Below are positions 44,038-55,295 of a stretch of DNA of 64,000 nucleotides, one piece after another (positions within the stretch are counted from its first letter, which is position 1; each line of letters starts with the position of its first letter). Origin of the DNA: Rubrivivax sp. (GTDB lineage Bacteria > Pseudomonadota > Gammaproteobacteria > Burkholderiales > Burkholderiaceae_C); assembly GCA_020248915.1 (NCBI GenBank), contig JADCGP010000013.1, positions 4,902-68,901 of the forward strand. The letters run 5' to 3'. A program made the position numbers and the translations under genes. Under the pieces are notes generated by a model. That model made no database searches. It was not told the origin of the DNA and saw nothing but the letters and a program-made list of their open reading frames with translations.

Positions 44038-44457
44038 ATGAAGATGACCGCGATCCTCGCCCGACTGTCCCGAGCGTCGGCTCCGAGCGAGCTGCACAGC
44101 CGGCGTGCGGAGGTGTGCCCACCGTCGCTGCGGCATGCGCCGGATTCCGCGCTGCACAGGCTGCTCTTCTGGCTGCTCGCGCCGGCACCCTACGACGCGG
44201 CACCTCCGCCTTCGCGGTTGCAGAGCGTACGCACCGACTTCCTGGCCGCAATCACCGACATCGACGGCGAAGAGGCCCACGCGCTGCGCCGGCGCATCGC
44301 CGGGTCGCGCTCGCTGCGCGAGCTCTGGCACCTGCGCAGCGAGCTTTACCGGCTGGTCGGCGTCTGCCACGACCAGACCGAGGCCGAGCGCCGCCTCGCC
44401 GCCCTGGCCCGACACTTCACGACGCGCGGTCCGTCCGCGCCGTCGGCTGCGCCATGA
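44038..44457 (+). CDS. Hypothetical protein A of a tandem paralog pair
   Basis: 139 aa, mostly helical composition, contains RSLRELWHLRSELY; ATGA overlap with the next gene. Confidence 0.7.
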   Translation: MKMTAILARLSRASAPSELHSRRAEVCPPSLRHAPDSALHRLLFWLLAPAPYDAAPPPSRLQSVRTDFLAAITDIDGEEAHALRRRIAGSRSLRELWHLRSELYRLVGVCHDQTEAERRLAALARHFTTRGPSAPSAAP

Positions 44458-44861
44458 CGACCTCTCGCACACCGACGTCCCCGGCCGCCGACCCGTTCGC
44501 GCGGGCGGCGGAGTCCGGCCCGGTGGCGGCCGAAGGGCCCCGGCAGTTCGTGGCCGACGGCGCGCTGACGGGCGCAGGCCTTCCGGAGCACCGCCTGGAG
44601 CGGGTCGTCGAGCGCCGAGCCTTCGTGTCGCTCAAGCGCGCCTTCCTCGAGGCGCTGGAGCCGGCGACCGGCCGCGAGGCGGTCTGGCTCCGCGAGCAGG
44701 TGCGGCTGGCCGAAATGCCGCTGGACCTCTGGCTGCTGCGTTCATCGGCCTTCGAGGCGCTCGCGGGCCCGGCCGGCAAGGAACGGCGGCGATCGCTGCG
44801 CCGTGCGCTCGACACGCTCTTCCCCGACAGCCAGCCCGACAGCGCCTTCTCGCCCTTCTGA
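44454..44861 (+). CDS. Hypothetical protein B of a tandem paralog pair
   Basis: 135 aa from ATG 44454, contains EMPLDLWLLRSSAF; aligns without gaps to protein A. Confidence 0.7.
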   Translation: MTTSRTPTSPAADPFARAAESGPVAAEGPRQFVADGALTGAGLPEHRLERVVERRAFVSLKRAFLEALEPATGREAVWLREQVRLAEMPLDLWLLRSSAFEALAGPAGKERRRSLRRALDTLFPDSQPDSAFSPF

Positions 44862-44873
44862 CTGCCTCGCCCG

Positions 44874-44904
44874 GCTGCCTGCCGTCGCGCGGGCGGCAGG
44901 CAGC
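44874..44904. terminator. Perfect 11-bp hairpin between convergent genes
   Basis: GCTGCCTGCCG-9 nt-CGGCAGGCAGC; no clear U-tract. Confidence 0.5.
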
Positions 44905-45002
44905 GGTGACCGCGTCCGCCGCCACCTCTCTCGTCGGCACCTGCCCCCGGTCCTCCGGCCCCTTGGCCTCGTGCTTCTCAACCGGCCATGCGGCCGCGGT
45001 GG

Positions 45003-45551
45003 TCAGACGCCAGCCCGCACGCGGGCGGCGAAGGTGCGGCGGAACTTGGCAACCTTCGGTGCAACCACGAAGGCGCAGTAGCCCTGCATCGGGTGGCGCG
45101 CGTAGTAGTGCTGGTGTTCGTCCTCGGCGCGCCAGTAGTTGGCCTCGGGCTGCAGTTCCGTGACGACGCGACCGCCGTGCGCCGCATCGGCCTCTGCCAC
45201 CACCGCGCGCGCCACCGCCTCCTGCGCCGGGTCGTGCCAGTAGATGCCGCTGCGGTACTGCGGTCCGACGTCGTTGCCCTGGCGGTCGCGGGTGGTGGGG
45301 TCGTGGATCGCGAAGAAGATCTCGAGCACTTCGCACAGCGGAATACGGGCGGGATCGAAGGTCACCCGCACCACCTCGGCATGGCCGGTGGTTCCGGTGC
45401 ACACCTGCTGGTAGCTCGGGCGCGGCACGTGACCGTTGCTGTACCCGCTCTCGACGGCGAGGACGCCGTCGACCAGTTCGTACACCGCCTCCAGGCACCA
45501 GAAGCATCCGCCGCCGAGCGTGATGAGCTCGGTCCGCGCCGTGGATTCCAT
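45003..45551 (-). CDS. msrA: Peptide methionine sulfoxide reductase A
   Basis: [32 protein letters not shown]. Confidence 0.96.
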   Translation of the reverse strand: MESTARTELITLGGGCFWCLEAVYELVDGVLAVESGYSNGHVPRPSYQQVCTGTTGHAEVVRVTFDPARIPLCEVLEIFFAIHDPTTRDRQGNDVGPQYRSGIYWHDPAQEAVARAVVAEADAAHGGRVVTELQPEANYWRAEDEHQHYYARHPMQGYCAFVVAPKVAKFRRTFAARVRAGV

Positions 45552-45616
45552 CGCACCGACCCTCCGGGCTCGCGCCCAGTCACTACACTCCCGGGGATTA
45601 TCCGGAGACCGACGCG

Positions 45617-46813
<1,197 letters not shown>

Positions 46814-46814
46814 G

Positions 46815-47621
46815 GTGAACGACTTCTTCGTCTGGCTCGGGCTGGACGGCTGGCGCAGCGTGCTGGCCGCGCTGGCGATGCCCCCCGTGCCCCTGCTTGC
46901 GATGGTGCTCGCCGGCGCCGGGCTGATGGCGCGCCGCCGGGCACTGGCCTGGCTGCTGGTGCTGGCCGGCGTGGCCGGCATCTGGCTGTCGTGCACCTCC
47001 TTCGCGGCCGGTCTGCTGCGGCAGTGGATGCTGCCCGCGGTGCCGGCCCTGACCTCGGCCCAGGTCGACGCCCTGAAGCGCGCCCCGCGAACGGCGGTGG
47101 TCGTGCTGGGTGGCGGCCGCAAGCTGCTGGCCGCCGAGTACGCGAGCGCCGACCTGCGGCCGATGTCGCTCGACCGGCTGCGCTACGGCGTGTGGCTCGG
47201 ACGCGTGACGTCGCTGCCGGTGATGTACAGCGGTGGCGTCGGCCATGCCGCCGAGCCCGGCCCGAGCGAGGCCGAGATCGCCGCGCGGGTGGCCGAGCGC
47301 GACTTCGGCCGGCCGCTGCGCTGGCAGGAGGCCGATTCGCGCGACACGCGCGAGAACGCGCTGCGTTCCGTGGCCCTGCTCGAGGCGCAGGGCATCGAGC
47401 GCATCGTCCTCGTGACGCACGGCTACCACATGCCGCGCGCGCTGGACAACTTCGCACGGGCGGCAGCCAAGGCGCGACAGCGGATCGAGATCGTCGCCGC
47501 GCCGATGGGGCTCGAACCACGCGGGCCGGTCAACCTCGGCTACTTCCTGCCCTCGCGCGAGGGCTACGCCGAGTTGCGCCTCACGCTCCACGAGTGGATC
47601 GGACGCCTCGTCGGCGCCTGA
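46815..47621 (+). CDS. YdcF/ElyC (DUF218) family membrane protein
   Basis: N-terminal TM segments, [28 protein letters not shown]. Confidence 0.87.
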   Translation: MNDFFVWLGLDGWRSVLAALAMPPVPLLAMVLAGAGLMARRRALAWLLVLAGVAGIWLSCTSFAAGLLRQWMLPAVPALTSAQVDALKRAPRTAVVVLGGGRKLLAAEYASADLRPMSLDRLRYGVWLGRVTSLPVMYSGGVGHAAEPGPSEAEIAARVAERDFGRPLRWQEADSRDTRENALRSVALLEAQGIERIVLVTHGYHMPRALDNFARAAAKARQRIEIVAAPMGLEPRGPVNLGYFLPSREGYAELRLTLHEWIGRLVGA

Positions 47622-47627
47622 GTCCGC

Positions 47628-47669
47628 CAGGGTCCACGCCACCCCTTCGGGTCGGTCCGCCGGACCCTG
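47628..47669. terminator. Nested hairpin between convergent ydcF and DUF456 genes
   Basis: Outer CAGGGTCC/GGACCCTG, inner ACCC-cttc-GGGT. Confidence 0.4.
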
Positions 47670-47697
47670 CGCAGCCCTCCGCGCGGCCGCGCCCCGG

Positions 47698-48180
47698 CTA
47701 GAGGATCAGGGCAGCGACGAACACGCCGATCATCGCGAAGGCGAGCGCCACCTTGGCCAGCAGCCCGGCCAGGATGCCGAGCCAGGTGGCGATGCCTACG
47801 CGCAGCGCGTTGCGCTCGTCGCGGCGCGCCAGGTACTCGCCGATCGCGGCGCCGACCAGCGGCATGAAGAGCACGCCGACGACGCCCATCAGCAGCCCGG
47901 CGACGGTGCCGAGCGCGGCGCCCACCAGCGCCTGGCGGCTGGCCCCGGCCCGCCGCGCGCCCAGCAGGCCGGCCGCGTAGTCGAGCACCCAGGCCGCCAC
48001 CGCGAGCACCGCGACGACGGCCAGCGTGCCGACCCCGACGCGGGTGAAGTCGTCGATCCAGGCTGCGAGCACGATCCCGCCCAGCACGAAGGCCGTGCCC
48101 GGCAGCGCCGGCAGCACCGTGCCGGCCAGCCCCACCACGATCAACGCGATCGCCGCGATCCACAGCAGCGTGACGGTCAT
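47698..48180 (-). CDS. DUF456 family membrane protein
   Basis: GLAGTVLPALPG, GARRAGAS, PLVGAAIGEY; highly hydrophobic. Confidence 0.85.
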   Translation of the reverse strand: MTVTLLWIAAIALIVVGLAGTVLPALPGTAFVLGGIVLAAWIDDFTRVGVGTLAVVAVLAVAAWVLDYAAGLLGARRAGASRQALVGAALGTVAGLLMGVVGVLFMPLVGAAIGEYLARRDERNALRVGIATWLGILAGLLAKVALAFAMIGVFVAALIL

Positions 48181-48407
48181 TCCAGGGTTTCCTTTCCGGC
48201 GGGCAGTGCAACGGCTGCAGAGGACCACGCGGCGTGCCCGCAGCGCCGGACCCCTGCCCGTCCGGCCAGCGGTCCCGCAACGGGCCAATCGCACAGCGCC
48301 GCGAGGGTCAAGCGCCGGCCGGCATGTGCCACGGCGCCGGCTTGCCGCACACTTGGATCCTGGCGGCGCGGTTGCAAGTGCCGTCGTTGCAACGAAAGGT
48401 CGTTTCG

Positions 48408-49391
48408 ATGAAGAACTGGATGATCGCTGCCCTCGTCGTGGCCGTCGCGGCGACGATGACACCGTTCGCGGCCGATGCCAAGCGCCTGGGCGGCGGCAAG
48501 AACAGCGGCATGCAGCGCGACATGCCTGCCCGCACGGCGCCCGACGCGCCGCCGGCCAAGCCTGCCGCGCCGGCCCAGGGCACGCCGACGACCCCGGCCC
48601 AGCAGGCCGCCCCGGGTGCGGCCACGGCCGCCACCGGCGCCGCCGCGGCGGCCGGCAAGCGCAGCTGGCTCGGGCCGATCGCCGGCCTGGCCGCCGGCCT
48701 CGGCCTCGTGGCGCTGATGAGCCACCTGGGCCTTGGCGAGGCCTTCGCCAACTTCCTGCTTCTTGCGCTGCTGGCCGTGGCGGCCATCGCGCTGTTCGTG
48801 TTCATCCGCCGCCGCATGGCGGGCGGGGCTGCGCAACGCGGACCGGCACTGGCCGGTGCCGCGGCCGGCTCGGGCGGCACGTCGCCCGCGCAGGTGGCCT
48901 GGCCCGCGCCGCAGCCGGTAACGTCGACCGAGCGCCGCGGCCTCGACACCGCGCCGACGGACGCGCCGGCCGGCCCGGTCTTGTCCGGCACCGCGGCGCC
49001 CGTGGCGGCCGCCTTCGTCCCGGCCACGTTCGACAGCGAGGGCTTCGAGCGCATCGCGAAGATGATCTTCATCCGGCTGCAGGCCGCCAACGACGCTGCC
49101 AACCTCGACGACCTGCGCCAGTTCACGACGCCCGAGATGTTCGCTTCGCTCAAGCTCGACATCCTCGAACGCGGCCCGGCGGCGCAGGCCACCGAAGTGC
49201 GTCGCGTCGAGGCCCAGGTGCTCGACGTGGCCGAGGAGGCCGAGCGCCAGGTGGTCAGCGTCCGCTACCGCGGCGAGGTGGTCGAGGAGGCGGGCGGCAC
49301 GCCGGCGGCCTTCGACGAGGTCTGGCACCTGGTCCGCCCGCGCCGCGACGACGCGAGCTGGGCGATCGCCGGCATCGAGCAGATGTCCTGA
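48408..49391 (+). CDS. Tim44-like domain protein
   Basis: Signal, AKRLGGGK.SG, LGGLAAG-type TM pair, FIRLQAAND, C-terminal FDEVWHL...AGIEQ. Confidence 0.88.
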   Translation: MKNWMIAALVVAVAATMTPFAADAKRLGGGKNSGMQRDMPARTAPDAPPAKPAAPAQGTPTTPAQQAAPGAATAATGAAAAAGKRSWLGPIAGLAAGLGLVALMSHLGLGEAFANFLLLALLAVAAIALFVFIRRRMAGGAAQRGPALAGAAAGSGGTSPAQVAWPAPQPVTSTERRGLDTAPTDAPAGPVLSGTAAPVAAAFVPATFDSEGFERIAKMIFIRLQAANDAANLDDLRQFTTPEMFASLKLDILERGPAAQATEVRRVEAQVLDVAEEAERQVVSVRYRGEVVEEAGGTPAAFDEVWHLVRPRRDDASWAIAGIEQMS

Positions 49392-49416
49392 TCCGGGGCG
49401 GCGCGGCGGCTACGCC

Positions 49417-50250
49417 TCACGCCCCCGGCATCGCCCGCACGGGCGGCGCCAGCCCGGCGTGGCCGGCGAGCCAGCGTTTGCCGGCCGATCCATCGGCCTG
49501 CGATGGGTGGAAGTCCGCCGCCAGGTAGCGCTTCCAGGACGCGAATCCGCAGCGCACGATGCCGCGGCGCCCGAGCAGCACGCTCCAGGCGCTCGCCCAC
49601 GTGGACGGGCGCCACCATGTGCCGTCGCGCCACAGGTTGTGGACGGTCTGGCGCAGCAGGTCGACGACGAAATAGGCGCTGACCGTGAGGAACAGCCGCG
49701 TCCGCCAGCGCTCGTTGCCGCCGAGCGCGCGGTACAGGTCGAACGCGGTGCTGCGGTGCTCGAGCTCCTCGGCCGAGTGCCATTGCCACAGCAGGCGCAA
49801 GCGCGGCTCGGCGTCGGCCAGCAGCCACGGCTGGGCCAGCAGGTGCTGCGCGAGGATCGCGGTCCAGTGCTCGGTGGCGGCGGTCACCCCGACCCAGTTG
49901 CGCGTGCCGAGCCGGGCCATCACGCGCTCGCGCCGCGCGAGGATGCGCCATTCCCAGTGGTTGACCAGACCGTGCGCCTCGATGCGCGCGTTGAAGCGCG
50001 CGTGGACATGGCGGTGCGTCGCCTCCTGGCCGACGAAGGCCTGCACCTCGTCGGCGAAACGCGGGCGCTGATCCGGCGGCAGCGCTGCCACGCCGCGCCG
50101 CACCGAGTCGATGAACACCTGCTCGCCGGCCGGGAAGCTCATCGACAGGGCGTTGAACAGCGCAGTGCGGAACGCGTCTCCGCCGCACCAGTGCCGCGCC
50201 ACCGGGGCGTCGAGATCGATGCCGAGACGGCGGACGACGAGTGCGGACAC
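49417..50250 (-). CDS. Predicted metal-dependent hydrolase (ferritin-like)
   Basis: GTG start after GAGGAG at the purL stop; SMSFPAGE.FI.SVR, QEATH..VH, EHWTA, WHSAEELEHRS. Confidence 0.82.
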   Translation of the reverse strand: MSALVVRRLGIDLDAPVARHWCGGDAFRTALFNALSMSFPAGEQVFIDSVRRGVAALPPDQRPRFADEVQAFVGQEATHRHVHARFNARIEAHGLVNHWEWRILARRERVMARLGTRNWVGVTAATEHWTAILAQHLLAQPWLLADAEPRLRLLWQWHSAEELEHRSTAFDLYRALGGNERWRTRLFLTVSAYFVVDLLRQTVHNLWRDGTWWRPSTWASAWSVLLGRRGIVRCGFASWKRYLAADFHPSQADGSAGKRWLAGHAGLAPPVRAMPGA

Positions 50251-50261
50251 GGCTGCGCTCC

Positions 50262-53200
50262 TCAGGCCCGGTCGAGCCAGCTGCGGGCGTTGTGGAACAT
50301 CTGCATCCACGGGCTCGGGGCCGACGGATCGCCGCCGCACCAGCTCATCTGGACGTTGCGGAACACGCGTTCGGGGTGCGGCATCAGCGCGGTGAAGCGA
50401 CCGTCGGCCGTGGTCACTCCGGTCAGGCCGCCGGGGCTTCCGTTGGGGTTGAACGGGTAGGCCTCGGTCGGCCGGCCGTGGTGGTCGACGAATCGCAGCG
50501 CCGCACGCACGCGTGCCGCATCGCCGCGTGCCGAGAAGTCGGCGTGGCCTTCCCCATGCGCCACCGCGATCGGGATGCGGCTGCCGGCCATGCCGCGGAA
50601 GAACAGGCTCGGCCCGTCCTGCACCTCCACCAGCGACAGGCGGGCCTCGAACTGCTCGCTGCGGTTGCGCGTGAAGCGCGGCCAGTGCTCGGCCCCGGGC
50701 ACGAGCGACGACAGCGCAGCGAGCATCTGGCAGCCGTTGCACACGCCGAGCGCAAACACGTCGGGGCGCGCGAAGAAGGCCGCGAACTGCTCGGCCAGGC
50801 CCGGGTTGAACAGGATCGAGCGCGCCCAGCCCTCCCCCGCGCCGAGCGTGTCGCCGTAGCTGAAGCCGCCGCAGGCGACCAGGCCGTGGAACATGTCGAG
50901 CCGCGCCCGGCCGGCCTGAAGGTCGGTCATGTGCACGTCGAACGTGTCGAAGCCCGCGGCATCGAACGCGAAGCTCATCTCGACGTGCGAGTTGACACCC
51001 TGCTCGCGAAGCACCGCGAGCCGAGGCCGCGCACCCCGCACGGCTGGCGCGCGGGCCGGCTCGAAGCTCAGGTGCAGGTGCAGCCCGGGATCGTCGGCCG
51101 ATCCCGCCGCGGCGTGCTCGGCGTCGGCCGCCACGGCATCGTTGCGCTGCCGCGCGATGCGCCAGCTGACCTCGTCCCAGTGCCGCTGCAGCTCGGCCAG
51201 CGGGGCACTGAAGCGGCACTTGGTGTCGCGCCAGACCTCGATCACGCCGCGGTCGTTGGTCTTGCCGACGAAGTGGGCGTGGCGCGCCAGGCCGTGCGCG
51301 CGTAGCGTGGCCATCACCTCGTTTCGCACCGCGGTGGGCACCTGGAGCACGACGCCGGGCTCCTCGTTGAACAGGGCCCGCAGCGTCAGCTCGTTGCGCC
51401 GCTCGCCGACCTGCGAGGCCCAGTTCTTCGAGTCGCCGTGCTCCGCCCGGCTGTCGCCGATGCCGTCGCCCTCGGTGACCAGGATGTCGACGTTCAGGCT
51501 CACGCCCAGGCGCCCGGCGAAGGCCATCTCGCAGACGCAGGCCCACAGGCCACCGTCGCTGCGGTCGTGGTAGGCCAGGATGCGGCCCTGCGCGCGCAGC
51601 GCGTTGACCGCCGCCACCAGCGCCTTCAGCAGCGTCGGGTCGTCGAGGTCGGGCACGAAGTCGCCGAAGCGCCCCAGCACCTGCGCCAGCATCGAGCCGC
51701 CCATGCGCATGCGCCCGGCGCCGAGGTCGACGAGCAGCAGCGTGGTGTCGCCGCAGCCCGCACCGCCCGGCTCGGCCGCGACGGCCTGCAGCTGCGGCGT
51801 CAGCGTGCCGCGCACGTCGGGCAGGGTCGCGAAGGCGGTGACGACGAGAGACACCGGCGCCGTCACCTGCCGGGCCGTGCCGCCTTCGCTCCACCGCGTC
51901 CGCATCGACAGCGAATCCTTGCCCACGGGGATGCCGATGCCGAGCGCCGGGCACAGCTCGAGGCCGACCGCCCGCACCGTGTCGTACAGCGCGGCGTCCT
52001 CGCCGGGCTCGCCGCAGGCGGCCATCCAGTTGGCGCTGAGCTTGACGCGCGACAGCTCGATCGGCGCGGCCAGCAGGTTGGTGATGGCCTCGGCCACCGC
52101 CATGCGGCCCGAGGCGGGCGCGTCGAGCGCCGCCAGCGGCGTGCGCTCGCCCATCGCCATCGCCTCGCCGCCGAAACCGCCGAAGTCGGCCAGCGTGACG
52201 GCGCAGTCGGCCACCGGCACCTGCCACGGGCCGACCATCGGGTCGCGGTGGCTGAGGCCGCCGACGGTGCGGTCGCCGATCGTCACCAGGAAGCGCTTGC
52301 TGGCCACGGTGGGATGGCGCAGGACGTCGAGCGCCACGCGCGCGAGCTCGACCCCGGTGAGGTCGAGCGGCGCCTCGGCGCGCGCCACGCGCTCGACGAC
52401 GCGGTGCATCCGCGGCGGCTTGCCGAGCAGCACCTCCATCGGCATGTCGATGACGCGCGCACCGCCCTCGCCCCCCTCGACGACCAGCGTGTGTTGCTCG
52501 CGTGCCGTGCCCACCACGGCGAACGGGCAACGCTCGCGCTCGCACATCTGCTCGAACAGCGGCAGCAGCGCCGGGTCGAGCGCCAGCACGTAGCGCTCCT
52601 GGCTCTCGTTGCACCAGACTTCCTTGGGCGCCAGCCCGCTCTCCTCGAGCGGCACCCTCGTCAGGTCGAATACGGCGCCGAGGCCGGCACCGTCCACCAG
52701 CTCGGGGAAGGCGTTGGACAGCCCGCCCGCGCCGACGTCGTGGATGGCGAGTATCGGGTTGGCGGCGCCGAGCGCCCAGCAGTGGTTGATGACCTCCTGC
52801 GCGCGGCGCTGGATCTCGGGGTTGCCGCGCTGCACCGAGTCGAAGTCGAGCGCCGCGGTGTTGCTGCCGGCAGCCATCGAGCTGGCCGCCCCGCCGCCCA
52901 TGCCGATGCGCATGCCCGGGCCGCCCAGCTGCACCAGCAGCGTGCCGGCGGGGAAGCGCTCCTTGTGCGTCTGCGACGCGCTGATCGTGCCCACGCCGCC
53001 GGCGATCATGATCGGCTTGTGGTAGCCGCGCATCACGCCAGCCACCGGCTGCTCGAAGACGCGGAAGTATCCGCCCAGGTTGGGGCGGCCGAACTCGTTG
53101 TTGAAGGCGGCGGCGCCGAGCGGCCCCTCGGTCATGATCTCGAGCGCGCTGGCGATGTGCCCCGGCCGGCCGATGTCGTCACGTTCCCAGGGCTCGTCGG

Positions 53201-54281
53201 TCCCCGGCAGGCGCAGCGCTCCCACCGAGAAGCCCGCCAGCCCCGCCTTCGGGCGCGCGCCGCGGCCGGTGGCGCCCTCGTCGCGGATCTCGCCGCCGGC
53301 GCCCGTGGCCGCCCCCGGGAAGGGCGAGATCGCCGTCGGATGGTTGTGCGTCTCCACCTTCATCAGCACGTGCGCCGTGTCCGCCCGCGCGCCGTACCGC
53401 GGCGCGTTGGTGTAGCCCTCGGGCAGCCAGCGTTGCACCGGCAGGCCTTCCATGACGGCGGCGTTGTCGCTGTACGCCACCACCGTGCGCTGGGGCGCGA
53501 CCTTCTCGGTATGGCGGATCATCCCGAACATCGAGTGCGACTGCTCGACGCCGTCGATCGTGAAGCGGGCGTTGAAGATCTTGTGCCGGCAGTGCTCGCT
53601 GTTGGCCTGCGCGAACATCATCAGCTCGACGTCGCTCGGGTTGCGGCCAAGCTTGCCGAAGGCGTCGACGAGGTAGTCGATCTCGTCGCCCGACAGCGCG
53701 AGTCCGAAGTCGGCATCGGCCCGCACCAGCGCATCACGACCGGCGCCGAGCACGTCCACGTGCTGCAGCGGCGGCGCCGGCTGCGGATCGAACAGGGCGC
53801 GCGCGTCGTCGCGCGCGGACAGCACGCTCTCGGTCATTCGGTCGTGCAGCAGCGCGGCAGCGGCCTGCGCCGCCGAGGCCTCCAGTGCCCTGGCCGACCC
53901 AAGCAGGCCGCGCGTGCCGAACAGGCGGTACTCGGTAACCCGCTCGACGCGATGCACCGGCAGGCCGCAGTTGCGCGCGATGTCGCTCGCCTTGCTGGCC
54001 CAGGGCGACACCGTGCCCAGCCGCGGCGCGACGACCACCAGCGACCCGCCCTGCTCCGGGCCGTCGTAGCGGTCACCCACCGCGAGCAGCGCGCGCACGC
54101 GGTCGGCGGTTTCCGGCGCGAGCGCGGTGTCCGTCGCCACCCAGTAGACGTGTCGCGCGTGCAGCGCGCCGATCGGCACGTCGGCGGCCTGCAGGCGCTG
54201 CAGCAGCGCGGCCGCGCGCGCGGCCGACAGCGCCCGCCCGCCTTCGATGGCGAGCAGGAAGGGGCGGGGGGATTCGGTCAC
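50262..54281 (-). CDS. purL: Phosphoribosylformylglycinamidine synthase (large form)
   Basis: [40 protein letters not shown]. Confidence 0.97.
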   Translation of the reverse strand: MTESPRPFLLAIEGGRALSAARAAALLQRLQAADVPIGALHARHVYWVATDTALAPETADRVRALLAVGDRYDGPEQGGSLVVVAPRLGTVSPWASKASDIARNCGLPVHRVERVTEYRLFGTRGLLGSARALEASAAQAAAALLHDRMTESVLSARDDARALFDPQPAPPLQHVDVLGAGRDALVRADADFGLALSGDEIDYLVDAFGKLGRNPSDVELMMFAQANSEHCRHKIFNARFTIDGVEQSHSMFGMIRHTEKVAPQRTVVAYSDNAAVMEGLPVQRWLPEGYTNAPRYGARADTAHVLMKVETHNHPTAISPFPGAATGAGGEIRDEGATGRGARPKAGLAGFSVGALRLPGTDEPWERDDIGRPGHIASALEIMTEGPLGAAAFNNEFGRPNLGGYFRVFEQPVAGVMRGYHKPIMIAGGVGTISASQTHKERFPAGTLLVQLGGPGMRIGMGGGAASSMAAGSNTAALDFDSVQRGNPEIQRRAQEVINHCWALGAANPILAIHDVGAGGLSNAFPELVDGAGLGAVFDLTRVPLEESGLAPKEVWCNESQERYVLALDPALLPLFEQMCERERCPFAVVGTAREQHTLVVEGGEGGARVIDMPMEVLLGKPPRMHRVVERVARAEAPLDLTGVELARVALDVLRHPTVASKRFLVTIGDRTVGGLSHRDPMVGPWQVPVADCAVTLADFGGFGGEAMAMGERTPLAALDAPASGRMAVAEAITNLLAAPIELSRVKLSANWMAACGEPGEDAALYDTVRAVGLELCPALGIGIPVGKDSLSMRTRWSEGGTARQVTAPVSLVVTAFATLPDVRGTLTPQLQAVAAEPGGAGCGDTTLLLVDLGAGRMRMGGSMLAQVLGRFGDFVPDLDDPTLLKALVAAVNALRAQGRILAYHDRSDGGLWACVCEMAFAGRLGVSLNVDILVTEGDGIGDSRAEHGDSKNWASQVGERRNELTLRALFNEEPGVVLQVPTAVRNEVMATLRAHGLARHAHFVGKTNDRGVIEVWRDTKCRFSAPLAELQRHWDEVSWRIARQRNDAVAADAEHAAAGSADDPGLHLHLSFEPARAPAVRGARPRLAVLREQGVNSHVEMSFAFDAAGFDTFDVHMTDLQAGRARLDMFHGLVACGGFSYGDTLGAGEGWARSILFNPGLAEQFAAFFARPDVFALGVCNGCQMLAALSSLVPGAEHWPRFTRNRSEQFEARLSLVEVQDGPSLFFRGMAGSRIPIAVAHGEGHADFSARGDAARVRAALRFVDHHGRPTEAYPFNPNGSPGGLTGVTTADGRFTALMPHPERVFRNVQMSWCGGDPSAPSPWMQMFHNARSWLDRA

Positions 54282-54384
54282 GGGTCGGGCGCTCGGCGCG
54301 GCGCGGGCGGCACGGGATGGGCGGCGGCGCGATGGCCTGCCGGGGCGACCGCCATTCTAGGAGCCGGGTGAGATAATTTCGGCG

Positions 54385-55275
54385 ATGACGATCACGATCA
54401 AGAGCAGCCCCGAGATCGAGGCGATGCGGCTCGCCGGCCGCCTGGCCTCGGAGGTACTCGACCTGCTGGCGCCCCACGTGCAACCCGGCGTGACCACGCG
54501 GGAGCTGGACGCGATCGCGCACCGCCACATCGTCGAGGTGCAGCGCGCGGTGCCGGCCACGCTCGGGTACGCGCCGCCTGGCTACCCCGCCTACCCGGCG
54601 TCGCTGTGTTCGTCGGTCAACGAGGTGGTCTGCCACGGCATTCCGGACGACCGGCCGCTGAAGAACGGCGACATCGTCAACATCGACGTCACCGTCATCA
54701 AGGACGGCTGGCACGGCGACAACAGCCGCATGTTCGTCGTCGGCGAGGCCACGATCGCTGCACGCCGGCTGTGCCAGGTCACGTTCGAGGCGATGTGGCG
54801 GGGGATCGCACGCGTCCGCCCAGGCGCGCGGCTGGGCGACGTCGGGCACGCGATCCAGACCTTCGCGGAGTCGGCCGGCTACTCGGTGGTGCGCGAGTTC
54901 TGCGGCCACGGCATCGGCACGCGATTCCACGAGGAGCCGCAGGTGCTGCACTACGGTCGGCCCGGCACGCTCGAGGAGCTGGTGCCCGGGATGGTGTTCA
55001 CGATCGAGCCGATGATCAACGCCGGCCGGCGCGACATCAAGGAAGACCGGCGCGGCAACCGGCCCTACGACGGCTGGACGATCGTCACGCGCGACCGGTC
55101 GCTGTCGGCGCAGTGGGAGCACACGGTGCTGGTCACCGACACCGGCTACGAGGTGCTGACGCTGAGCGCGGGCAGCCCGCCGCCGCCCGCGTTCGCGCCG
55201 CTCGGCTACGGTGCCGCGGCACCGGCGGCCGACGGCGGGGCCGGCGTCAGCGCCGCGCTCGCCGCGGCGTCCTGA
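54385..55275 (+). CDS. map: Methionine aminopeptidase type I
   Basis: VCHGIP, NIDVT, GDNSRM, CGHGIG, FTIEPMIN, SAQWEHT. Confidence 0.96.
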   Translation: MTITIKSSPEIEAMRLAGRLASEVLDLLAPHVQPGVTTRELDAIAHRHIVEVQRAVPATLGYAPPGYPAYPASLCSSVNEVVCHGIPDDRPLKNGDIVNIDVTVIKDGWHGDNSRMFVVGEATIAARRLCQVTFEAMWRGIARVRPGARLGDVGHAIQTFAESAGYSVVREFCGHGIGTRFHEEPQVLHYGRPGTLEELVPGMVFTIEPMINAGRRDIKEDRRGNRPYDGWTIVTRDRSLSAQWEHTVLVTDTGYEVLTLSAGSPPPPAFAPLGYGAAAPAADGGAGVSAALAAAS

Positions 55276-55295
55276 GCGCCCGCACCCGCTCTGCG

